Shown: positions 34,780 through 43,072 of the stretch, piece by piece
Numbering within the stretch: the stretch's first letter is position 1
How the letters are laid out: every line of letters begins with the position of its first letter
Assembly (NCBI GenBank): GCA_031552145.1
Contig: JAVBMV010000005.1
Span: 3,869-67,868, forward strand
Origin: Myxococcales bacterium
GTDB lineage: Bacteria > Myxococcota > Myxococcia > Myxococcales > UBA5297
DNA length: 64,000 nt
Reading direction: 5' to 3'
Position numbers and translations under genes: made by a program
Notes under the pieces: generated by a model
The model's database searches: none
Told to the model about the DNA's origin: nothing
Seen by the model: only the letters and a program-made list of their open reading frames with translations

Positions 34780-36351
34780 TTACTGGACGAAGGAGGCCGT
34801 CTCTTCCATCCAAGCCTGGGCGATGGAGCGCTCGCGCGCGGTCTTGAGCAGGGTGGTGTTGATCTGCTCGCGCAGCGCCGCGAGCTGCTCGACCGGCTGC
34901 TTCAGCTCCTTCATCTTGATGAGCGCCTGGGCGTAGTTGTTGCAGCCCTCGCCCCAGTCCTTCTTGGAGAAGAAGATCTCGCCGATCTTGACGTAGGCCT
35001 CGGGCAACCGCTCCTGGACGGAGAGCGCCTCGGTGAGGGCCGCGTGCGCCTTCTCCGCATCCTTCTTCACGTCGAAGAGCAGCGCGCCCTTGGCGTAGAG
35101 TGCCTTGCCGTTGAAGTTATTGAAGTCGACCGCCTTGGCGAAGTAATCGAGCGCCTCGTCGTAGCGCGCCATGGCCTGTAGCTGGAGGCCGTAGGTGAGG
35201 AAGAAGCGGTCGTCCTCCTTGACGATTCCGCGCAGGCCGTCGAGCAGGGCGAGCGCCTTGGCGTCGTCGCCAGCCTGATGCATCGCGGTGGCGCCGCCGT
35301 AGTAGAACTCGATCACGTACTTGTCGAGCTTGAGCGCCGCATCGATCTCGGAGGCGGCAGCGGCGGCATCCTTCGACGCGGCCTTGACGCGGCCGTTCAC
35401 GAAGTGGGCCCAGGCCAGGTTGGGGGCGCCCTCGAGCGCCTTGCCGATAGCGGTCGTCGCCTCGGGAAGCTTGCCCGCGGCGAGCATCAGCTCCGCCACG
35501 CCCACGAAACCCATCGCGCGGACGACCGGAGCGACCTGGTCGTCGGGGCGCTGAACTACGTCGGAGAGCGTCCCGAGAGCATCCTCGAGCCGCTGCCCGC
35601 GGGCGATGTCGGCGCGGGAGCGGCCGATGAGCGAGCGCGCGTGCTCGGAGTAGGCCTCGATGCCCTTGGTGTAGAAGTTGCGCGCGTTGAGATAGTCGCC
35701 CTCTTCGAAGTAGAGATCGGCGGTGTCGCAGGCGAAGCGGGGGTTGCGCCACTCTGTATCGGCGGCGCGCTTGAAGGCCACCTTGGCCTCGCCCAGCTTG
35801 CCCTGGGCCCGGAAGGCGCGCCCGATGCCATTGACGACGTGGGAGCTGGCGGCGACGTCGGCCACCTTCTGCGCGTAGGCCTCGGCCTCGGCATACTTCT
35901 TATTGCCGATCATCTCGAGGATGATCGCGCCGAAGCGCTCGTTCAGATTGTCGTTGAGCGCGGCCGCCTTGGCCGTCCATTGGTGCGCGTTCGCCTCGTC
36001 CTTCGTCATGGCGAGGTCGACCCAGCGGATGGCGTAGAGCTCGGCGAGCGAGGAGATGGTGAAGGGATAGCTGTCGTCGAGCGCGATCATCTCGAGGAGC
36101 AGTTTCTCGGCCTCGGCGTAGGCGCCCGGGGTATCCTTGTAGAGGAGATCCTTGGCCTCTTTCCCGAGCTTGCGCACCTGCTTGCCGGTGTCGACGTGGC
36201 TCTTGTAGGCCCAGAGGGCGACGCCGAGGATGGCGGCGACGATGAGCACGTCGCGGATGAAGCCGCCGAAGGACTCACGCTTGCGCCAATCGCCGCCCGC
36301 GGCCTGCTTGTTCTTGCCCGTCGCCTCTGTGTTCTTGGTGTTGGTTGCCAC
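34780..36351 (-). CDS. Membrane-anchored TPR repeat protein
   Basis: An N-terminal TM helix (FIRDVLIVAAILGVALWAY) is followed by many TPR-like A/Y/L-patterned helical pairs. Confidence 0.75.
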   Translation of the reverse strand: MATNTKNTEATGKNKQAAGGDWRKRESFGGFIRDVLIVAAILGVALWAYKSHVDTGKQVRKLGKEAKDLLYKDTPGAYAEAEKLLLEMIALDDSYPFTISSLAELYAIRWVDLAMTKDEANAHQWTAKAAALNDNLNERFGAIILEMIGNKKYAEAEAYAQKVADVAASSHVVNGIGRAFRAQGKLGEAKVAFKRAADTEWRNPRFACDTADLYFEEGDYLNARNFYTKGIEAYSEHARSLIGRSRADIARGQRLEDALGTLSDVVQRPDDQVAPVVRAMGFVGVAELMLAAGKLPEATTAIGKALEGAPNLAWAHFVNGRVKAASKDAAAAASEIDAALKLDKYVIEFYYGGATAMHQAGDDAKALALLDGLRGIVKEDDRFFLTYGLQLQAMARYDEALDYFAKAVDFNNFNGKALYAKGALLFDVKKDAEKAHAALTEALSVQERLPEAYVKIGEIFFSKKDWGEGCNNYAQALIKMKELKQPVEQLAALREQINTTLLKTARERSIAQAWMEETASFVQ

Positions 36352-36644
36352 GTTGGACTCTCCTGGCGCCTGAACCCAGTTGATTCGTTACGTTCGAGAT
36401 GGCGCCCTGCCCACGGCAAAGGGGCGCCGCCCACTCTGTGGAGGAGAGGGCAAACTATCCGACAAGAAGGGAGACGGAGATAGCACCGGCCCTTCCGGAG
36501 TGTCAAGCGCGGTAGGAGAGGGTGGCAGAGAGGAGCGCCCCGCCAGAAAGGGCCAATGGCAAGTGCGGTCGATAGGCACTCTGGGAGGCGCTCGGCTGCT
36601 GCCCTGGGTGCGATTTGCGCCCAGAGCGGCGCCCACGCTCCCGC

Positions 36645-37121
36645 CTATAGGCCTCTAACGAAACGCCAGACGTTCTCTTCACGGACGAAGGCGAACTCGG
36701 CGGTGTCGGCTTGGCGCGACCAGGTGGGGATCTCCGAGACGCCCGGCATCTGATAGTTCATCTCGTAGAAGTACTGTGCCTTCGCGGTCTTGCCGGTGAT
36801 CTGGATCGCCTTTAGCCTGATGTCGGCGCGCACGCGGGAGGCCTGCCTGGCCCACTCGGTCAGCTTCTGCTGCAGGTCGGTGTAGTCGGCGTCGTCCGCT
36901 GGCTCGGGGGTGCCCGAGTTCTCGAAGTAGCTGGGGCTGACCAGACGCATGATCGACTCGACGTTCCGTTCCTCCAACCCCTTCTTGTAGGCGGCGACGA
37001 CATCAATGATCTCCCTATTCTCGTCGGAGTCCTCGATCTCCGTTCCCGGGATGAGCGAGGGTGAGCAGGCCGCCGCGGCGAAGAGTAGGGTGAAGAGTGC
37101 GAGTAAGGGGCGCTTGCGCAT
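36645..37121 (-). CDS. Hypothetical lipoprotein (possibly NTF2/SnoaL-like fold)
   Basis: Lipobox MRKRPLLALFTLLFAAAAC. The small alpha+beta composition ends ...AEFAFVREENVWRFVRGL. The fold assignment is a guess. Confidence 0.6.
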   Translation of the reverse strand: MRKRPLLALFTLLFAAAACSPSLIPGTEIEDSDENREIIDVVAAYKKGLEERNVESIMRLVSPSYFENSGTPEPADDADYTDLQQKLTEWARQASRVRADIRLKAIQITGKTAKAQYFYEMNYQMPGVSEIPTWSRQADTAEFAFVREENVWRFVRGL

Positions 37122-37294
37122 GTGGGCTCCTGCGGGATGGATGGGCGAGATGTCTCGCGGCGTGGGCGCAATGTCAACCTTCCCATGCTCGGGCTATTCC
37201 GGCTAGGGGCCCGGTTGCGCGGGCCGCGGTGCGGCGTTAGTCGAGGCCTTCTGCCCCTGCACCACGCATAGAGGGCGCTATTGAGGAGCATGCC

Positions 37295-37699
37295 ATGCCA
37301 AGCGAAGCGCTGCACGAGCCACTCGATCGGATCAGCCAAGCCACTGCCGACAACCACCGGGCGATCCAGTCGCTGCGGGAGGAGCTCGAGGCCGTCGACT
37401 GGTATCAGCAGAGGATCGATGTGACGCCCGATCCGGAGCTGAGGGAGATCCTGGAGCACAACAGGGATGAGGAGAAGGAGCACGCCGCGATGCTGGTCGA
37501 ATGGCTGCGCCGGCGCGACAAAGCGTTCGACCAGGCCTTGCGCTCCTATCTGAATACCGAGGGCTCGCTGGTGGAGTTGGAGAGGCGCGTCGAGGGAAAG
37601 GCTCTCGAGGGAAAGACTCTGGAGGGAGAGGGCGAGGCAGCTCATGCGGGACCGGAGGCGCCGCGCTTCTCCATCGGCGGGTTGAGGGGCGCCGGCTGA
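37295..37699 (+). CDS. Encapsulated ferritin-like cargo protein (EncFtn family) with C-terminal encapsulin targeting-peptide-like tail
   Basis: HEPLDRISQATADNHRAIQSLREELEAVDWYQQRIDVTPDPELREILEHNRDEEKEHAAMLVEWLRRRD matches, from memory, the EncFtn core (ELEAVDWY, HNRDEEKEHAAM with ExxH). It is followed by a flexible G/E/A linker and the terminal RFSIGGLRGAG. Confidence 0.75.
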   Translation: MPSEALHEPLDRISQATADNHRAIQSLREELEAVDWYQQRIDVTPDPELREILEHNRDEEKEHAAMLVEWLRRRDKAFDQALRSYLNTEGSLVELERRVEGKALEGKTLEGEGEAAHAGPEAPRFSIGGLRGAG

Positions 37700-37705
37700 G
37701 GCGCC

Positions 37706-37915
37706 TCAGCACTTGGCGACGGCGAGGCGGAAGCTCAGCGGGGTGCTGTGCCACTCGACGCGGTGGAGCGTGAAGTGGTTCGCGCAGTAGTGGGAGCCGT
37801 GGCTGGTGCAGCAGGCGGTCGCGGTCGCCTCACAGCCCAGCGCCTCGCACCGCTTCTCGAGGCGCCACTTGACGTACTCCGCGACGGTCATCTCTTTGAG
37901 CGCTCCATCTTCCAT
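37706..37915 (-). CDS. Small Cys/His-rich hypothetical protein (69 aa)
   Basis: MEDGALKEMTVAEYVKWRLEKRCEALGCEATATACCTSHGSHYCANHFTLHRVEWHSTPLSFRLAVAKC. Third-position GC is strongly biased, as in neighbouring genes. It is convergent with the EncFtn gene across a 6-nt gap. Confidence 0.5.
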   Translation of the reverse strand: MEDGALKEMTVAEYVKWRLEKRCEALGCEATATACCTSHGSHYCANHFTLHRVEWHSTPLSFRLAVAKC

Positions 37916-38077
37916 CGTTCACCCCGGCCGGGAGAGAAGAAGAAGTTGCCATGATAACCCAAGTTCGATGCAAAGAGAATGCGCACCGATTGGGGGATGG
38001 CGGTTGGCTCGCTATCATCGCCGCGGCAACGCACTCACCCCTGCTCCCGATGGCACGCTCGGGAAGGAGCTCTCGAA

Positions 38078-39121
38078 ATGTTTGACGTGAAGGCAATTGG
38101 TGTCACCTCCGCGAAGTCGCCCCTCGAGCCGATGCGCATCTCGCGCAGGGAGGTCGGCGAGCAAGACATCCTGATCGACATCGCCTATTGCGGGATCTGC
38201 CACTCCGACCTCCACCAGGTGCGCGACGAGTGGGGGGGCTCGCTCTTCCCGATGGTGCCGGGGCACGAGATCGCCGGGCGGGTCTCCAAGGTGGGTAAGG
38301 GTGTGACGCGCTTCAAGGTCGGGGATAACGCCGGTGTGGGCTGCATGGTCGACTCGTGCCGCACCTGTCGCCCCTGCGAGCGGGGGCTGGAGCAGTTCTG
38401 CCGTGCTGGCGCCGCCATGACCTACAACGGCACGGAGATGGATCGCGCCACGCCCACGCAGGGAGGCTATTCCACGCAGATCGTGGTGAACGAGCGCTTC
38501 GCGCTGCGTATCGGTGCCGGGGCGAACTTGGCCGGCACCGCGCCCCTGCTCTGTGCTGGGATCACCACTTGGTCGCCGCTGCGCCACTGGAAGGTCGGCG
38601 CGGGGAGCAAGGTGGGCGTGGTGGGGCTGGGAGGGTTGGGCCACATGGCCGTGAAGCTGGCTGCGTCGATGGGCGCGGAGGTGACGCTGCTCTCGACCTC
38701 GCGCGCCAAGGAAGCGGATGCCAAGCGGCTGGGCGCCGCCCATTTCGTGCTGACGACCGAGCGCGCGGCGATGCGCCCTCTGAGCGACCACTTCGATCTG
38801 CTCATCGACACCATCTCGGCGCCGCACGATTACAACACCTACCTGGAGCTGCTCGACGTCGACGGGGTGATGGTGCTCCTGGGCGTTCCGCCGGCACCGA
38901 CGCCCGTGCACGCCTTCTCGCTCATCACGGGGCGCAAGACGCTGGCCGGCTCGCTGATTGGCGGAATCGCCGAGACGCAGGAGATGCTCGACTACTGTGC
39001 CGAGAAGGGGATCGTAGCCGACGTCGAGGTGATCCCCTCATCCGCCTGCAACGAGGCCTACGAGCGGATGCTGAAGGGTGACGTGCGGTACCGATTCGCG
39101 ATCGACGCCAAGACGCTCTAG
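38078..39121 (+). CDS. NAD(P)-dependent zinc alcohol dehydrogenase (YahK/cinnamyl-ADH-like)
   Basis: GAAGGAG RBS upstream of ATG 38078. Motifs GICHSDLH and GHEIAGRV, the structural-Zn segment CRTCRPCERGLEQFC, and the Rossmann motif GLGGLGHMAV. Confidence 0.9.
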   Translation: MFDVKAIGVTSAKSPLEPMRISRREVGEQDILIDIAYCGICHSDLHQVRDEWGGSLFPMVPGHEIAGRVSKVGKGVTRFKVGDNAGVGCMVDSCRTCRPCERGLEQFCRAGAAMTYNGTEMDRATPTQGGYSTQIVVNERFALRIGAGANLAGTAPLLCAGITTWSPLRHWKVGAGSKVGVVGLGGLGHMAVKLAASMGAEVTLLSTSRAKEADAKRLGAAHFVLTTERAAMRPLSDHFDLLIDTISAPHDYNTYLELLDVDGVMVLLGVPPAPTPVHAFSLITGRKTLAGSLIGGIAETQEMLDYCAEKGIVADVEVIPSSACNEAYERMLKGDVRYRFAIDAKTL

Positions 39122-39123
39122 CG

Positions 39124-39876
39124 TTGGCGTATGGGGGGCGCATGGAGCTGGGCGAGAGTGGGAGCGAGGCAGCTTGGGAGGAGCGGGAGCGGCGTTGGGA
39201 GGCGCACGAGGCGATGGTGGCCCATGAGCTGCGCAACCCGCTCCAGAGCATCTCGCTGCAGCTGGAGATGGCGATGCGTCGGGTGGGCAGCGCGGAGAGC
39301 GTGCCGCTCGCTCGGCGCACCATCGAGCGGATGCTGGAGGAGTGCAGAAAGCTGAACCGGCTGGTTGCGGATCTGCTCGACGCGGCTCGTCTCTCGGAGC
39401 GCCCCCTGGATCTGGAGCTGCGCTCCGTGGAGGTCGCGCAGCTGGTGGAGGGGGCTGTGGAGGGCAGCGCCGGAGCACTGGAGGGGCGCGAGCTGAGGGT
39501 CTCGGCACCCGCGGAATTGCCTCCGGTGAGGGGCGATCTACTGCGGCTGGAGCAGGTGCTGCTCAACCTGCTCGAGAATGCCGCCAAGTATTCGGCGCCC
39601 GAGAGCCCTATCGATTTGGTGGCCTCGGCGAGCGGCGGTGGGCTTCTTCTGGAGGTGCACGATCGTGGCGAAGGGATTGCGCCCGCCGAGCTACCCAGGC
39701 TCTTCGAGCGCTACTACCAGACGAAGCGCCCCCAGGAGCGGCGCAAAGGTTTGGGATTGGGGCTCTACATCGCCAAGGGGCTCGTCGAGGCGCATGGTGG
39801 GAAGCTCTGGGCCGAGAGCGAGCGGGGGCGTGGCAGCAGCTTTTTCGTCTGGCTCCCGGCCGACATCAGTCACTAG
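39124..39876 (+). CDS. Sensor-less histidine kinase core (HisKA + HATPase_c only)
   Basis: H-box AHELRNPLQSI, N-box LLNLLENAAKYS, G1 HDRGEGI and G2 GLGLGLYIAKG. The start is uncertain: TTG 39124 (3 nt after the ADH stop) or ATG 39142. Confidence 0.8.
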   Translation: MAYGGRMELGESGSEAAWEERERRWEAHEAMVAHELRNPLQSISLQLEMAMRRVGSAESVPLARRTIERMLEECRKLNRLVADLLDAARLSERPLDLELRSVEVAQLVEGAVEGSAGALEGRELRVSAPAELPPVRGDLLRLEQVLLNLLENAAKYSAPESPIDLVASASGGGLLLEVHDRGEGIAPAELPRLFERYYQTKRPQERRKGLGLGLYIAKGLVEAHGGKLWAESERGRGSSFFVWLPADISH

Positions 39877-39913
39877 TCACTGAGTCGCTTGGGCACGGCG
39901 CTCGCCATCCTCC

Positions 39914-41095
39914 CTAATGCTTGGGTGGCGGCGCTCCCGCCCGGGCGAGCAGAGAGACTTGGCAGGTTGGCTCTAGCGCGAGGCCGTCGCCCTGCTGTCT
40001 CGCGCTGGTGAGCGCGATCAGGTCGCCGCGCGCGAGCCGCTCGAAGGCTTGGTTCTCCTTCGTCAGATGCTTCTGCTGGAGAGAGAGCCCCACGCGCCCT
40101 CGGGGACCGCACCCCATGTAGCGCAGTCGTCCCTTGGAGGCGAGCGGCTCGGAGACGATGCGGAACTGCTCGGGGGTGTCGGGAGTGATGGCTCCGTCGA
40201 GGGCGCGCTCTTCGGAGGCGCCTCGCGCGCTCCCTCCCTTGACGATGAGATAGGACATTTTGAGCGCCTCTTTGTGCAGGCCCGCCGCGCGCGCGATGGT
40301 CTGGACCAGGGCGGGGGGCTCCCACTCCCGCTCCGCGTGGCACCAGTCGCTGGGTGCGGTCAGCGCGGGGCAGGGGCCGCCGAAGAGGCAGGGCGCGTGG
40401 AGCGCGTGGCCCGAGGCGACGAGGCGATCGCGCACTTGAAGGAGCGCGCGCGAAGTGTCGCGCAGCGCGGGTTCGACGATCACGAGTGTGCCCTCGGGCG
40501 AGAGCGACTGCAGGACGCGCTCGAGGAAGCCGACGCGCCGCTCGGTGCGGTCGGGCGCCGCCGGCCAGAGCTCATTGAGAAGGTGGCTCATGGTGATGAG
40601 CTCGAAGCGCCCCTCTGGGAGCGGAGCGCCGCCAGTCGCGCTCCATTGCCGCATGGAGAGCGCCTGTCCTGCTTCGATCGCCAGCTCGCGGGCGAGCGCG
40701 AGCGCGGCGGGGCTGCGATCGGCCGCGGTCACCTCCGCGACGCCGGCGTCGATGGCGGCGAAGGCGCCGGGGCCGGGCCCCGAGCCCAGATCGAGCGCCC
40801 TGCGCAGGCGCCCTGGAGGGAGCTCGCCGAGCAGGGAACGCGCCTGGGCGTAGGAGACCGGCCAATAGAAGAGGAGGTAGCCCGCGACGAGCGCGGGATC
40901 GTCCATGTAGCGCGCACCGGCCAGCTCGCGCTCGCGCGTTAGCCCGCGCGAGAGCGCGCGGACAGCGGAGGCTGCTTGCCGAAGCTCCTCGGGCCTGAGG
41001 GAACGCTCGGGGCCGGCGCCGAGTTTGTTGACCCGCCGATAGACCTCGAGAAGGCGGGGAATCCACTCATCCAATCTGGGCAGGGTCCGTGTCAT
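39914..41095 (-). CDS. Rsm22-like class I methyltransferase family protein
   Basis: MTRTLPRLDEWIPRLLEVYRRV...YMDDPALVAGYLLFYWPVSYAQ...ALDLGSGPGPGAFAA. The track ORF (to 41578) extends upstream over the divergent FHA gene, so the start was trimmed to ATG 41095. Confidence 0.7.
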   Translation of the reverse strand: MTRTLPRLDEWIPRLLEVYRRVNKLGAGPERSLRPEELRQAASAVRALSRGLTRERELAGARYMDDPALVAGYLLFYWPVSYAQARSLLGELPPGRLRRALDLGSGPGPGAFAAIDAGVAEVTAADRSPAALALARELAIEAGQALSMRQWSATGGAPLPEGRFELITMSHLLNELWPAAPDRTERRVGFLERVLQSLSPEGTLVIVEPALRDTSRALLQVRDRLVASGHALHAPCLFGGPCPALTAPSDWCHAEREWEPPALVQTIARAAGLHKEALKMSYLIVKGGSARGASEERALDGAITPDTPEQFRIVSEPLASKGRLRYMGCGPRGRVGLSLQQKHLTKENQAFERLARGDLIALTSARQQGDGLALEPTCQVSLLARAGAPPPKH

Positions 41096-41171
41096 CGCGT
41101 GCGGGAAGTTAGCAGTTCGAGGCAGAAAGGCGGAGCCTGATATATGGTGCAGATCTACATGGCAAGGCCGG

Positions 41172-42086
41172 GTGAACATGAATGCAATGAAGACGATCGT
41201 GCAGCGGTTACCCACCTTCTCGAAGAAGAAGGAGCCCAGCGCCTGCCTTCTGGCGATCGCCGGCGCGGCGCGGCCGGGAGAGTGGTTCAAGCTCGAGCGC
41301 CAGGAGACCGTGATCGGCCGGGCGGACGATGCCGACATCGTCGTGGATGACGAGACCATCTCGCGCCGCCACGCGCGCCTGGAGCTACGGCAGGATGGGA
41401 GCTGGCACCTGGTTGACCTGGGCTCGACCAACGGCACCTTCATGAATGGCAACAAGGTGGGCGACTCCACGCTCTCCGACGGTGACCAGATCCAACTCGG
41501 GCCCTCGGTGGTTTTGCGGTTCGGCTTCCAGGACTCGCTGGACGAGGCGCTGCAGCGCAATCTCCAGGAGGCGGCCACGCGCGATCTGCTGACCCGGGCC
41601 TATACGCGCGGCTTTCTCCTCGACGCCGTCGAGAAGGAGATAGCTTTCGGACAGCGCCACCAGATCGACTCGTCGCTGCTGCTCTTCGCCATCGACAGTT
41701 ACGTGGAGCTGAAGGAGCGCCTCTCCGCGCAAGAGTTCGACGGCGTCCTCATTCGCCTCGCGGCGTCGCTGATGACCGCGGTGCGCACCGAGGATATCGT
41801 CGCGCGCTGTGGCGCCGACTGCTTCGGTGTGCTGCTGCGCGGCGCCGCCCGCTCAGAGGCGTTCGAGGTGGCCGAGCGGCTGCGCGTGATGGTCGATACG
41901 ACCAACTTCAGGGACGGCGGTGAGGGGCTGCGGATCAGCGTCACGGGTGTTCTTCGCTCCCTGAGTCCGAAGGGCGGAGAGGTGCTTGGGGGAGAGGCAA
42001 TGCTCGCGCTGCTCCAGGAGCGCCTCGTTCGGACGGAGGGAGAGCGCGGTAACAAGATCCTCGACCCTCCCGACGACGGTGCTTGA
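41172..42086 (+). CDS. FHA domain protein fused to a degenerate GGDEF domain
   Basis: FHA segment: VIGRADDADIVVDDETISRRHARLELRQDGSWHLVDLGSTNGTFMNG. GGDEF-like segment: RDLLTRAYTRGFL...LLLFAIDSYVELKE...IVARCGADCFGVLL, where the active-site GG(D/E)EF is replaced by GADCF. Confidence 0.8.
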   Translation: MNMNAMKTIVQRLPTFSKKKEPSACLLAIAGAARPGEWFKLERQETVIGRADDADIVVDDETISRRHARLELRQDGSWHLVDLGSTNGTFMNGNKVGDSTLSDGDQIQLGPSVVLRFGFQDSLDEALQRNLQEAATRDLLTRAYTRGFLLDAVEKEIAFGQRHQIDSSLLLFAIDSYVELKERLSAQEFDGVLIRLAASLMTAVRTEDIVARCGADCFGVLLRGAARSEAFEVAERLRVMVDTTNFRDGGEGLRISVTGVLRSLSPKGGEVLGGEAMLALLQERLVRTEGERGNKILDPPDDGA

Positions 42087-42199
42087 GCGCCCCCTTGACG
42101 TGGAGACGCTGCTGCTGTTGGCTCATAGTTCCAACCTGACTTGAACCCCTTTCTCCTCGTTCCCAGGTGCGGGCGGCGATGGAGCTTCCGGAGGCGCAC

Positions 42200-43072
42200 A
42201 TGATCTACCTTCTCGCCATTCTGACCGTCATCGCGATGGGCGTGGCCATCGCCATTGGTCTGCAGCTGGGAGGCGCGCGCGACGCCGCCGCCAAGGCGCG
42301 CGAAGAGGCTCAAGGGACGAAGACGCGCCTCCAGGCGGTGGAGGCCGAGTCGCGCAGGCAAGGCGAGGTTGCCGAGGCGAAGCGCCGCGAAATCGATGAG
42401 CTCAAAGAGCAGCTGCGCGACGCGAAGCGCCGTCGGCACGAGGAGCGCGAATCCGAGAAGTTCCAGCGCGACGCCCAGCGTATGCGCGAAGAGATCGAGC
42501 ACGAGATGGAGAAGCGGCTTGCGCGCGCGCGCGAGGAGACCGAGGAGGCGCGCGCGGTGCTGCGCAAGCAGACCGCGGAGATGGACGCGCTGCGCTCTCG
42601 TCGCGCGACGCCAGCGCCCTTCCAGGCGCCGAACCCCGCCGAGCCGCAGGAGGTGCGGCGGCGCGAGGCGAAGCCCGAAGAGGTCGCGCGACTCGAAGCT
42701 GCCGAGAAGGCGCTCGCCGAGAGCCGCGAGAAGTACAGGGAACTGGATGCCGAGCTGAAGCGCATGCGCGGCCGCGCCGAGACCGACAGGCGCGTCTTCC
42801 TGGTTCAGAAGGGCGAGATCGATCTGAGCAAGGACAAGTTCCGGGCGCTCGAGGCGCGTCACAACCAGCTGACGCGCGAGCGCGATGAACTGCGCCGCTC
42901 GCTCTACGAGCTGGAGAAGAGCATGAAGGGGCTCCTGCCTACCGCTCCCGGGGGCGAGGCCGAAACTTCGACCGCGGCGCCCGAGGAGACTTCGGCGCCG
43001 AAGCCAGAGATTGCCGAGGCGCCTTCGGCGGCCGAGCCGCGCCCCGAGGGGAGCGCTCCGGTCAGGGAGTAG
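42200..43072 (+). CDS. Single-pass membrane coiled-coil protein (R/E/K/A-rich)
   Basis: GGAGG lies 6 nt upstream of ATG 42200. TM helix MIYLLAILTVIAMGVAIAIGLQL. About 230 aa of charged heptad-like sequence follow, then a P/E/A-rich tail. Confidence 0.65.
   Translation: MIYLLAILTVIAMGVAIAIGLQLGGARDAAAKAREEAQGTKTRLQAVEAESRRQGEVAEAKRREIDELKEQLRDAKRRRHEERESEKFQRDAQRMREEIEHEMEKRLARAREETEEARAVLRKQTAEMDALRSRRATPAPFQAPNPAEPQEVRRREAKPEEVARLEAAEKALAESREKYRELDAELKRMRGRAETDRRVFLVQKGEIDLSKDKFRALEARHNQLTRERDELRRSLYELEKSMKGLLPTAPGGEAETSTAAPEETSAPKPEIAEAPSAAEPRPEGSAPVRE

Noticed and set aside
36401-36430. GGCGCCC…GGGCGCC hairpin in the ~290-bp spacer between the lipoprotein gene and the TPR gene.
   Set aside because: The stem is 7 bp with a ~14-nt loop and no T-run, and it lies more than 200 nt from the upstream stop codon. 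This is insufficient for a terminator or riboswitch call.
36352-38077. An encapsulin shell gene next to the EncFtn cargo.
   Set aside because: The flanking ORFs are a 158-aa lipoprotein, a 69-aa Cys-rich ORF and an ADH. No ~260-300-aa ORF with shell-like sequence exists on either strand around the cargo gene.
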